Shown here piece after piece: positions 10,806 through 22,860 of a stretch of 64,000 nucleotides of DNA; within the stretch, counting starts at the first letter, position 1; each line of letters opens with the position of its first letter. The stretch comes from Octopus sinensis (Eukaryota): positions 44,950,001-45,014,000 of the forward strand of contig NC_043000.1 of assembly GCF_006345805.1 (NCBI RefSeq), given 5' to 3'. The position numbers and the translations under genes are program-made. A model generated the notes under the pieces. It did no database searches. It saw only the letters and a list, made by a program, of their open reading frames with translations, and was not told the DNA's origin.

Positions 10806-12037
10806 ATTAATTGTAGATTCTTTGTTTTTAGCTTTGCTTCATTAATTATTCACAAACGAAATATACTAAAACACACATAAAAATACTTTTTAAAATTTCT
10901 TTGGTTGTTTTTAAATGTTTTGTTATCACGTGAAGCCTTGATTGAAAAGATTTGCATTTTAAGACTTCACAGTCAGTCTAGTTTTCTTCTGCAGATATAA
11001 TACATTCAAAACGACGTTTTCTATTACTATTGTATCCAACCCCTTCTTAACATGGTAAACTGTATAAGTGGAAGATTTGGTGTCCATTTCTAGCAGTTCA
11101 ATTGTTGGTCAACCATAAAAATGTAATAATAATTTACTATAATCGTCTTCAAAGTAGTGTTTTCCTATAAAGAAAATCTACCTTCTGTATAATTAGCTAT
11201 TATAATGTTACTTAAATCTCTTTAATTTTTATTTTTACCGAGCATTTTTCTTATTCAACATTTGTATCAAAGCAAAAATAATTATAGATCGAATTCTTGA
11301 TGCATTGAAATCATTTGTATAAGTAATATTATTTTATGCTTAAATTTTTTATTTAAGAGAATAGCAAAGCATACGAACAAAATCTGATAAAGGTGAATAA
11401 AGAAAAAAAATGACTGATTTGAAATTTTACAATATTACACTTAATGAACTGAGTTCAAAAGAGAAAAATAGCTATGAAAGAAAGAAAATGGCTAAAAACA
11501 TTTACAGATCAAAAGACTAGCTACAACTTACCATGCTGTTAGCTCAAATCTAAAACAAAAAGAACCAAGAGGAACAAAGAGAAAAAATTCTTAGTTGTTG
11601 TTATCTAGCTCAGGTCATCTCTGATCAAACAGACTAATTATCAAATATGTTCCAGTTGTAGCTATCCTTTATTTTGTTTTACAGTTGTAGTATGTCTAGG
11701 ATACATCATGCCTTTCATCTTTTAAGATGGAAAGGTGTGGTTGGAGAGAGATTCAGTTGCTATTTGTTTACAAATCAATCAACTACACTGACTTTCTCTC
11801 ATAAGCCTGGAACATTTGCAGAAGTTCATTCTGATAAATAGGAGTGCATAAAGATAAGGTTTGACAGTTTAAGAATGTAGTAGTCAAAATTTCATTACTA
11901 TAATCCTGGCGTGGTTTGTACAACGTCCAGAGTTAAAATGGCCCAGTCCAATCCACTTGACTCTATATTTGTTCTCTATTGGAAGAACAAATTGCAAATA
12001 ACATTCACAGTAAAGTTGATGAAAGTCTCATCAGTAC

Positions 12038-12252
12038 AGTTCTATATCTAAGAGATGAGGAATTATGTACATTATTTACATTATTTATATTTTACGGATA
12101 TTTGCCCTCATCTTGTTTGTTGTTAACACGAAATTTCCCCCAAGACACCTGATGAAAGCTGGAGGGTATATCAGTCGAAACGTTGTGTTAACAAACAAAA
12201 CGAGGGCAACTATATGTCAAATGTAAATAATGTACATAAATTGTACATAAAT
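12038..12252 (+). mobile_element. 215-bp fold-back pseudo-LTR insertion with a hammerhead, flanked by a 12-bp TSD
   Basis: tctcatcagtac at 12026-12037 and 12253-12264; arms ~12054-12130 and ~12185-12258 are inverted copies. Confidence 0.8.
12145..12188 (+). ncRNA. Minimal type I hammerhead ribozyme
   Basis: acac-CTGATGA-a-agctg...cagtc-GAAAC-GTT-gtgt: stem I acac/gtgt, stem II gctg/cagt, loopless palindromic ACGT stem III typical of dimer-active minimal hammerheads. Confidence 0.8.
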
Positions 12253-12929
12253 TCTCATCAGTACGTGTTCCCATTTAAAATCTTTCTACAGATATATAAC
12301 ATGAATTGAGATGAATTCTACCAAAAAGACCTACATCAAATGTACAGCGATCTGTTTTACTTAACTTTGCAGAACACTAAACTGCCTTGAAATCTCTGCA
12401 AAATTAATTAGTAAATCACATATTTAATAGCTAATTGCTGAAGATGTTTTCCTATCTTAAAAAAAGTATTGGTGAAATATATTATACAACTGATATAAAT
12501 AAAGTGATTCAGGAGTTTTTTTCTTTTTAATGATGAATTCTAACAAATTTGCAGTAGTTCTTTGCAAACAGTTATTGTCAAAATAGTCGAATATTTTCAA
12601 ATTCTTATAATTTCAGTGAATCGAAACTAGCAAAGTTCAAATTCCAACGTAATTTAATCTCATTTTTAACTTCTGCTACTGTAATATTATTCATAAATAG
12701 ATGGTTATGATGATATCTTCAATAAAGATAAATATTTTTGAAAATTAGTATTGAATCATCAAGTTGTGAAAATCATATTTTTTTCATTATTGGTTACATA
12801 CATTAACATGCGATTGACACCCAGTTACATGTTTCATAACTCATAAAACATTAGGTGAGATTATTGAGCATTAAACGAAATGTTTAGTAATATCTGAAAG
12901 AAAATTTGGTCATAAGAGGGCTTAGATGT

Positions 12930-13230
12930 AACAAGTCAGAAAGTCGGATGCACTTGAATAAGCATGTGATGCAAATGGAGAATGCCAATTGTATAAAGGG
13001 ATGTGTACTTAAAATGGGAAAAAAGTTTTGAACAGAAGGAGCGAAAGAGAGAGAGAAACTAAGAAAGACATGGTGTGAAGTGGTGAAAATTGATCCTAAG
13101 CTGAATCACTCAAAGGAGATGACAAAAGAACAGACGCTTCATTAACAAAGACCCACACAGAGAAGACCCACACTCCTGTACCAGCATAGCAAAACTGAAT
13201 TGATGGGGATTGACGTCGGGATGAATAATA
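12930..13230 (+). mobile_element. Highly degenerate RTE-clade LINE 3' fragment
   Basis: aagaaagacatggtgtgaagtggtgaaa (RKTWCEVVK) and ggagatgacaaaag resemble the 3' end of the 54800-55800 element. Confidence 0.5.
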
Positions 13231-13402
13231 TTTCATTGGGTTTCCCTGATAAGTATACTCCTGTTAAAGTTCGTACCTACAACCCTTTTTGTTACCTTCA
13301 TCATCTATCACCAGCTCTACAGATCATTTTACCAAGCTTCCTGCAAAACAAATAAGACTGTGTCTTACAACAGAGTTTATGGAAAACAAATAAAGAACAA
13401 GT

Positions 13403-13698
13403 CTTCTTAGCACTCCGTCGGTTACGACGACGAGGGTTCCGGTTGATCCGAATCAACGGAACAGCCTGCTCGTGAAATTAACGTGTAAGTGGCTGAGCAC
13501 TCCACAGACACGTGTACCCTTAACGTAGTTCTCGGGGATATTCAGCGTGACACAGAGAGTGACAAGGCCGGCCCTTAGAAATACAGGTACAACAGAAACA
13601 GGAAGTAAGAGTGAGAGAAAGTTGTGGTGAAAGAGTACAGCAGGGATCACCACCATCCCCTGCCGGAGCCTCGTGGAGCTTTAGGTGTTTTCGCTCAA
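13403..13698 (-). mobile_element. Young 5'-truncated SINE family C copy with 11-bp TSD
   Basis: TSD aaagaacaagt at 13392-13402 and 13699-13709; CpG-rich; central block shared with the tRNA-headed copy at 57880. Confidence 0.85.
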
Positions 13699-14048
13699 AA
13701 AGAACAAGTATATAACCAGCTTCTGAAAAATTCTAATTAACAATTATTATTAATTTGCATTTATGTATATCACTTTTAGCGTAACAGCATGCAACAAATA
13801 AAAGTTTCTTTGGGATCTTGTTAAATTTCTTTCCGAGTTTTGCCAGAATGTTTTTAAAAGGTGTAGTTTAGATGCAGTTTAAGTTTATAGTTTAGCAACA
13901 TCCAACTCGATTTCAGTGAGAAACAATGATTTTCCTCGTTTTTCTTTTTTCTTGTGCTATTAACTAATCCCATCTCCTAATATACCGCAAAGACTTTTCC
14001 CATCAAAATCGGAGTGGGATGAGCCCTCGAAATCCTCCTCCCACCTTG

Positions 14049-14963
14049 GAGTTATATTTTTCCTCGTTTCTTTTTTTTTTTACGTATGCTGTCAACTAAT
14101 ATCGGATCCTAGTACACTGCAAAGGATTTCTACTCCCTTTGCAGCATATTAGGAAATCAGAATAGTGGCTGTTTTTATGCCTAATAACTGCCATTTCTAG
14201 CAAAATGAATAACCACGTTAAGGACCGGCTACCTTTGAGTTTATTTTTAAAAGAGAGAGAAAAATGCTTTCCGATATAATCACAATCTACACCATCTGAG
14301 AAGTATAAGTAGAAAATTTTATTAACAAATTATCCATGTTTCGGAAACTGACCACACACACACATAGACACATACATATATATACACGCACACATACTAA
14401 CAAACATATATATATCTACACACATATATAAATATATACATAATATGTGTATGTATATATATGTGCATATCATTATCATCATAATTTAATGTCTATTTTT
14501 CATGCTAGTATGGGTTGGACACTTTGGCAGGGGCTACGTCTAGCTCCCGTCTGGTTTGGCATGGTTTTTGTGGTTGTAAGTCCTTCCTAACGCCAAAGCA
14601 TTACAGCGTGGATTGAGTGTTTTCAGTGGCATTGCACAGGAACATCACTTTAACGGCTGGATGTCCTTCCTAATGCCACCACTTTACAGTGTGGACTAAG
14701 TGCTTTTGCGTGGAACCAACACGATGCCACGCACACATACATATAAATATATACACATTATACTCTGTTTTAAATAAACTTAAAGGCAACCCGTCCTTAA
14801 CGTGGCTGTTTAGTATACTAGAAATAGCAGTATATATACATACAAAACAGCCACTATTCTGATCATCTAATATGCCACAAAGAGATAAAAACCCTCTGCA
14901 GCATATCAGGAGGCGAGATTAGTTGATAGCACCTGAAAACAAAACGAGGAGAAAAAATAACTC
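14049..14963. repeat. Long diverged inverted repeat (arms 14049-14179 and 14839-14963) enclosing microsatellite and RTE tail pieces
   Basis: gagttat..cctcgttt..tgctgtcaactaat..gcagcatattagg..atcagaatagtggctgtttt matches the reverse complement of 14839-14963. Confidence 0.75.
14465..14730 (-). mobile_element. RTE-type 3' UTR fragment with (GAT)n-like tail
   Basis: catcatcat...tttcatgctagtatgggttggac and acggctggatgtccttcctaatgcc; same tail start as the 42224 copy. Confidence 0.6.
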
Positions 14964-16194
14964 TGAGGTGCAAGTTGACTAGGGAACCTGGGGCCCACCA
15001 AAATTGTTCCCAATTGGGCCCCGCACATACTAAGGACAACCCTGGTAACCATCATTCTCTCTCCGCGTGACTCATTGCTAAAAACTTACACTCTTACACG
15101 TCATCGCCCATCACTATTGATATCTTCTCTCACAATCACCTAATATGAAACGCTTTCATTGATATCCCTTCATTTTTCATTCAACTTTCAAGAAACTTTC
15201 AAAAACTAACAGGATAGAAATGACAGTCTTTCTTCCACATCTCCTGCTCTAATCAACCTATCATACTTTTTGACATGCATATACATACTGCGTCTTGTTT
15301 CACCGTCTTAGTCACCACTCTCTTCTCTATTGGTCTTATCAGTGAATGGAAGGGTCTCTGGTGGCTTCCTTGATAAAACAGGCAACACAGTGTAGAAAGA
15401 ACAATTTTGCTTTACCAGGGCAGACAGCTCTTTCTCTCTCTCTCGCTCTGTCTTACACAAACACGCGCGCGCGCACATACACACACTCTCACTGTCTCTC
15501 TCTGTCTATTTGTTTATCTTAATCTTTCTTGCATGTGCATGGTGCACCCAGCACATTTTGCAAAGGGGTTATCAAATGAGTGAAATTTAGGAAGGAAAAG
15601 TGGATGCTTTCATCTTGCTAAACCCATAACATCTTTCATACTATTGCCACAATAAAATGCGCCCAGTACACTCTGCAAAGTGCCAGGTATTATGAAAAAC
15701 ATCAACCCATATAAAATATACTAAAAATGTAACGTATATGTGAGAATTAATCCTCTGACCCAACTAACATGGGAATAACTCCGAATAAGAATTGATTAAA
15801 ACTATGATGATCTGTGCATTACATACCATGATAGATAGTAGACATAAAATGCTGATGATGATAATAAAGTTGTCGGTGATGATCATGAGTACACTATGCT
15901 CTGTGAGTGTATACTGAATACTTTGATGTCTTGAATGAAAAAGAACCCATTCACTACCAATATGATTTATGACATTTTAAATGACTTATACAAGTAGAAT
16001 GACCATTCACATATAACTTAAAAATTACACTGAAAAGATTTCAATGAAATGGAACAGATATTCAGATAAACAAACTATCACTTTAAATGCAATCAATACA
16101 TTAATTTTCTCATTTATTTTTCACCAGTCAATAGAAAACTGTCAACTTTGCTCTTCACAAGATATATGTTGTGCTTGAATATATCATACATGTG

Positions 16195-16195
<1 letters not shown>

Positions 16196-16286
<91 letters not shown>

Positions 16287-16428
16287 CTATATATATATAT
16301 ATATATATAATATATATATATATATACATATACAAATACACATATATATATACATACATATACACAGATATATATACATATACATACACATAAATATACA
16401 TACATGCATATATATATGTATATTCATG

Positions 16429-16488
<60 letters not shown>

Positions 16489-16495
16489 AACACAC
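16196..16495. repeat. (TA)n/(CA)n microsatellite
   Basis: Directly visible. Confidence 0.97.
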
Positions 16496-16496
16496 A

Positions 16497-18455
16497 TATA
16501 GGTATTATTAGTAAAAAAATTATTGATAGGGTAATACCCGCCCTTAAGTCTAAAATTAGATTAGATCTCTCGTCTGATATGCAAGGAGGTGGTTGGATGG
16601 TTTAAGATTCTAGAAATTAGTAAGAATAGTAAATTATTGCAACTAGATATAGAGAGCTATTACGCCACTATTAACTCAATCATCCTTAATCAAGCCCTGA
16701 TTTATAGTATGAGAAATTCCGATTTTTGTCGACGCGAAGTAGATATAATACTTGCCGCGCGAGCCACTTTAGTAGATTTTAATGGTAGATTATAGAGTAG
16801 ATTAGATAGGAAGAATGCTTTTGATACAGCTATGGGATCATATGATTCTGCACAGGTCTCAGACCTAGTCAGAATATATATCCCGTCATTAATCTAATCT
16901 TCCTTTCCAGAAGTAACACGGGCTCTAAATAGGGGTGATTCTTTATTTTTTTCTGGAGAGAAATAGCAAAGTATAATTATAAAGGCATACTGAAAATTTC
17001 TTTAGATATTTTTAAAATTTAGGACTAAATATTACTATAGGTAAAGATTATCGTACAGTGAATTTTCTTAAGATAACCTTCTATCTTGATAGTGGGTTAT
17101 TTGAACCATTTCATAAGATCATATTAAGTTGATTAATGTAGCATCCAATCATCTACCTTCAATAATGCGAAAATTAGTTAAGAATATTTCTACAAGAATT
17201 TCTATATTATTCGCCGATAATAAAATTTTCGAATCACATACAACTTATCATAATGCTGTTCTACCTAGGGCTGGGTACCATGAAAAAATTCAGTAAATAC
17301 AAGAAGCAGGCATACACAACTCTGGTAATTTCTCTAATTGTAATACACATTTTACATCATTAAAACGTCCTGGTTTGAGAACTCATTCAGATAAAGAATA
17401 CGGGCCAGGAAAATTGGTCAAGACAATGAACTACCAACGAAAACTGATTGACACACGCAGCATAATAATCTAACTACTTGTAACACTGTAAATTGTTCCA
17501 ATCATGTACAAGACACTCGATCAAATAAGCCTAACAACAGATATAGGAATCAGGATGTACTCTGGTTTAACCCGATTTTCGGTCCACCTATTTCCATCGA
17601 GATCACTGGAAAGTTTTTTGCTGCTTTGGACAAATATTTTTCTAAATCTAATAAGTATGATGCTACTTTTAATTGGAACACCGTGAAGGTATCCTAAACT
17701 AATTTTGCTAAATCGGAGCAGCTTATGCATCAGATTCACAATAGCAAAATGCAACAAAGGTTCAATGACTCACCTACTGAGTCTAGCGAGCATACATGTT
17801 TAAATACTAATAAAGGGGATGTAAACTGCAACGAAAAGTACCACTTACGGCCAAATTCTAATAGTAGATATACTTATGATACAGCTAACACAGTAACAAC
17901 ATCAGTAAAGGGATTTGGAAGCGCCTTATATGCAAATAAATACAATAAATGCGCATGCAGACAAAATTCAAAATGTCCCTTGATGAATCTCTATATGAGT
18001 ACAAATCTTGTATATAAATGCACCGTGCACACAAGGGGAGGGCCGTATGTTTACATTCGGCAGACGGCTGATTCATTTAAGTCATTATCATAACCATGTC
18101 GCCAGCTTTAAGGCAATCAATAAGAGACATTCAACATCTTTGGCCGATTTTGTATGGCGACTGGAGAAGGATAAAATTAAGTACAGCCTTAGTCCATAGT
18201 AAGGCACGCGAAACCATACAATATAATTTCCAGGAGATGCCGTCTCTGCTCCGCGGAATACGGAATCCCTATCTAACCTGTACTCTAATGAGAAGATCAT
18301 TAATAGAATTTCTGAATAAAACTCATGATGCCTACACGCATATAAATGCACTTTTGCACAATGCAGTGAAAATGATTTTTGGTAATTGTTACCATAATTT
18401 ACTTTAAGGTACGGACGAATTAAGTTTACTTTTAAACTCCTCATTCTTACAAACA
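16497..18455 (+). mobile_element. Decayed Penelope-like retroelement ORF (RT, Cys-rich linker, C-terminal GIY-YIG), Naiad-like, 5'-truncated
   Basis: Frameshifted peptides [142 protein letters not shown]. Confidence 0.9.
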
Positions 18456-18912
18456 CCAAGTGGATATTTAACACGCTGTGTGATCGAGAGTGCACCAGAC
18501 CTTACGTGTGTGTGTGTATGCTCACATTTTCACGGATGCTTGTATGAGTGAGTGTCCACGCGCCATGCAGTTTTCGCGAGGGCTTTTATGCATCCATATT
18601 TTTGTTAACGGTTATTTTTAATGCCTTTCTCGTTGTATTGTGTGTTTGTTTCTTTTTCCATCTGTGATTTTATTTTTGATCTTCTGTGTAAATGAAGATA
18701 TTTCCTCCGTCTTGTTACTTTTTTTTCTACAAAATGGGAAGCTACATTGCGGAACTGTAATTTTAACGAGTTGTATCTATTTATTACCCAATGAGATACA
18801 TCTGCACCGCCGAATGCTCCTGAACCAGTTGTTGAGTGTCCCACCCATGTGGGTTCGATGGTAGATGTGTCGATTCAATTGTGATTAATAATAAATTCTT
18901 ATATATTTTATC

Positions 18913-18972
<60 letters not shown>

Positions 18973-18976
18973 TACA

Positions 18977-19027
<51 letters not shown>

Positions 19028-19042
19028 GTATCTATATATATA

Positions 19043-19665
19043 TATATGAGAATTTTTTGCGTAATCAGATAAAAAAACCAATGGTGTGTAGATAGAACAT
19101 TTATAGATAGGTCTTACAGTTGTTTTATAGGATATTTATTAATTATATCCCTTCATCGACCGACGGTGTGAGAGGATGGTTAAGTAATAATTAATTTAGA
19201 TAGGATACAAAATAGAGAGGGAGGCGAAGGAAAGAAAATAGATGTGAGATATGTAGGGATATTGAATTTGTAGATCCATTTTTTTAGGCAGAATGGTATA
19301 TATGTAAGAATCCAATACCTTATGAGAAATGTCCAACTGTTTGATATTTCTCATAAAGTATTTACTTTTAAACTCTTCATTCTTACAAAACGTATTGGAA
19401 ACTTACATATATACCATTCTGCCTAAGAAGTGGATCTACAAATTCATTATCCCTACATATCTCACATCTATTTTCTTTCCTCCACCTCACTCTCTATTTT
19501 GTATCTTATCTAAATTAATTATTACTTAACCATCCTCTCACAACATCTCCGATGAAGGGATATAATTAATAAATATCCTGGAAACAGCTGTAAGATCTCT
19601 CTATAAATGTTCTAATAACTACATAGCCTTGTTTTTTTATCTCATTACGCAAAAGATTCTTATAT
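19043..19665. mobile_element. ~620-bp near-perfect palindrome: inverted pseudo-LTR pair of a Penelope-like element
   Basis: 19043-19330 is the diverged reverse complement of 19346-19665. 19361-19389 matches 18425-18453 (just 3' of the PLE stop codon) at 28 of 29 nt. Confidence 0.88.
19545..19596 (+). ncRNA. Degenerate minimal type I hammerhead in the pseudo-LTR
   Basis: atct-CCGATGA-agggatat..atatcct-g-GAAAC-agct-GTA-agat. U4-to-C core change, palindromic CAGCTG stem III; a more decayed antisense copy lies in the left arm at ~19108-19160. Confidence 0.65.
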
Positions 19666-19790
19666 ACACACGCTGACATATGACCAAAGTTGAACCCCTT
19701 ATTCACAAAATCACCAAACCTGGAATTAAACTGTGGTCTGTCTATAACATTTATTCAGTTGTACCTGACACCTAAGGGTCTCAACCTCAA

Positions 19791-19821
<31 letters not shown>

Positions 19822-19840
19822 GAATATTTATGTATATACA

Positions 19841-19876
<36 letters not shown>

Positions 19877-20464
19877 TTACAATACACACAATCACACTCA
19901 CACACACACATACACACACACATACACACACACATATATGCACGCATGTATATATACATGCACAGAGGTAAAATGAAAGATATGTTTAAAGAAGTAGATA
20001 ACACTAGCACGGTGATAAGAAAACTGTAACATTATGAGAGGGGACAATGTTAATCATATAAAGACTGAAAGACATAGATGGGAAGAGTGGTATTTAGAAA
20101 GAAAGAAAGAAAGAAAGGAAAAAAGAAAGAAAGATGGTTAGATATATAGACAGGGAGATATATGTGGTTTTCTACTTACAAAATTGAAGAAAAATCTGAG
20201 AAAGATTTTTTTGAATGACAGAATTTGTTTTATTATGCAGAAGAAAAATCTATTATATACTTGTTTTCTACTAATAGTTTTTATAGATGACGGTTATGAT
20301 AGTTGATGAAGTTTTAAGCCATTGATGTAAAAATAAAGAATAGCTAATAAAAACACTTTTTATGAAATTTGATATGTGTTTAGGTATTTCTCACAAATGT
20401 CAATGATTCTTCACTTACTGAAGAAGTTAAAGATATAAAACTATATGGGCCTGTACATAGAAGT

Positions 20465-20474
20465 GTGTTTTAGG

Positions 20475-20560
<86 letters not shown>

Positions 20561-20890
20561 GTGTGTGTGTATGTGTGTTTATTTTATATATATTCATATT
20601 ATATATATATATGCATACATACATATACATACATACACACTTATATGTGTGTGTATTGACATATATATGCATAAATACATATGTATATAATATTATATAC
20701 ATATATATAAACATACATATATATACGTATCTATACATACAACTTTATATATACATCTACATATATACATATATGCATACATATATATATATTTCCATAT
20801 ATATATATACGCACACACACACATATATACATACATACACATATATAAATATATATATAAGTATATATATTTGTGTGTGTGTGTGTGTGT
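20465..20890. repeat. Compound (TA)n/(CATA)n/(TG)n microsatellite
   Basis: Directly visible. Confidence 0.95.
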
Positions 20891-21345
20891 GAATGTATGA
20901 TACAGGAGAGTCTTTGAGCGTGTAAGATAACTATGCACATGAATAATTAAAAATGGCTATGTCACATATATTATCGCAAATAATTGCCAGAAAAGATTTC
21001 TTTAAAAAATCATCATTCGTATCACTATAAGATAAGAAATAAACCGAAATGTCCATAAGATTAACAAAAGAAGAGAAAAATTCTAAATACAAGAATCTTG
21101 TTTATCAGGCTGTTTAGATTTTCACAAAACTGATAATAACCCTCACCAATAAAGAAATTGAAAATCCAAGTATGAAGTGCAATTTATGATCTGTTTCGTC
21201 TTTGTGAGTTTATGAAAAGGAGAAGATATATTGTGCTTGCACTTTCTTCTTCCTTGATACCATTTCTATTATTATAATTTTCTTTTTACTTTTATTTTGA
21301 GAAATGCCAAATAAAAAAAGTAGAGAACTGAATTTCTGCAATGAG

Positions 21346-21349
<4 letters not shown>

Positions 21350-21391
<42 letters not shown>

Positions 21392-21411
21392 GTGTGTGTG
21401 TGTGTATTCAG

Positions 21412-21504
<93 letters not shown>

Positions 21505-21610
21505 CATACACATATATAAATATATATATATATATGTATGTATGCACACACACACACACACATATATATATATAGAGAGAGAGAGTGAGAGAGTGAGAGA
21601 GAGAAGAGAG
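21350..21610. repeat. (TA)n/(TG)n/(GA)n microsatellite
   Basis: Directly visible. Confidence 0.95.
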
Positions 21611-21728
21611 ACAGAGGAAGTTGAAAGAGAATAATAAAAAAGAATTTGATAAATAACGATGTATGGGAAAAAAATCTCGCCAAAATGTCTACCTGATATT
21701 TTGAAAAATAAACTTTTGGATTATTGTT

Positions 21729-22010
21729 TTAATAATTATCTGCCCCATTATTGTCATCATCTTTGTTATCACGATCATCAGTATTACCACCATCATTCCC
21801 AACTCTACCATTGTCACAATCACCAAATTTACCACCACCATCATCATCACTATCATTGTCCTCATCAACATCATCATCCTCATCGTCGTTATTGTCCTCC
21901 TCCTCATCCTCGTCATCATAATCATCATCAAGATCATCATTATTATCAGCATTCTCTGCATCATTATCAACATCCACAACATCATCAGATATTTGTAGAA
22001 CAGGACCCAT
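21729..22010 (-). repeat. Cryptic (GAT/GGT/AAT) trinucleotide low-complexity tract; Asp-rich open frame, coding status doubtful
   Basis: Degenerate cat/cac/atc repeats on the + strand; similar tracts at 27341-27430 and 50430-50590. Confidence 0.7.
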
Positions 22011-22310
22011 AGTAATGACCTGAGTAACAGTTTCAAATTTAGTGCATATAGAGTTACCACTATGAGCAGCATCACCTTCGACTTCATATTCAACTTAATT
22101 GCCAAATATTTTATACATATTTTTTTAACACATTGATATTAGTGTTATTGGCTTCAAGTATTGAAAGCTTCCACAAATCATTGCAATTTCTTAATGCCTA
22201 AATGCTCTACCTCTAATGACTTGGATCTTCCTTGCATAATCATACAAATGTTGCCTTTGTAAAGTGTTTCACTTGAAATTTTAAGTTGGTAAATTATGTT
22301 TGATTCAGGT

Positions 22311-22470
22311 GGTGAGCTGGCAGAATGGTTGTCATGCTGGGAAAAATGTTTAATGGTATTTTTTGTGACTTTACTTTCTGAGTTCAAATGCCACTGGGGT
22401 TGACTTTGATTTTCATCCTCTCAGGGTCGATAAAGCAAGTACCAGCTAAACACTGGGTTCTAAGTAATTG
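22311..22470 (+). mobile_element. Degenerate SINE family B copy
   Basis: ggtgagctggcagaa...tctgagttcaaatgcc...gttgactttgattttcatcc...gggtcgataaa..gtaccag. Confidence 0.75.
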
Positions 22471-22563
22471 TCCTACCCTCTAACTGGAATGCACTTGCCT
22501 TGTGCCAAATTTGATTCCAATTTATATATGTTTAACTGTCCTTTCTATAATTAAATGATACAG

Positions 22564-22564
<1 letters not shown>

Positions 22565-22622
<58 letters not shown>

Positions 22623-22729
22623 TTCGTTTTTGGATTACAAGATTCTTTATCTGAGTTCGTGTGTTGAAGCATATTCTGTTGTGTCTGTGGAGAGTCAAAT
22701 TATCTCTCTATATATAAATATATATATAC

Positions 22730-22806
<77 letters not shown>

Positions 22807-22860
22807 ATATATATATAATATATATATATATATAGATAGATAGATAGATAGATAGATACA
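22565..22860. repeat. (TA)n/(GATA)n microsatellites
   Basis: Directly visible. Confidence 0.92.

Noticed and set aside
18300-18460. Selenocysteine recoding in the Naiad-like ORF (TGA next to a conserved Cys)
   Set aside because: The TGA does not replace a Cys, the copy is full of other stops, and no SECIS-like hairpin is visible.
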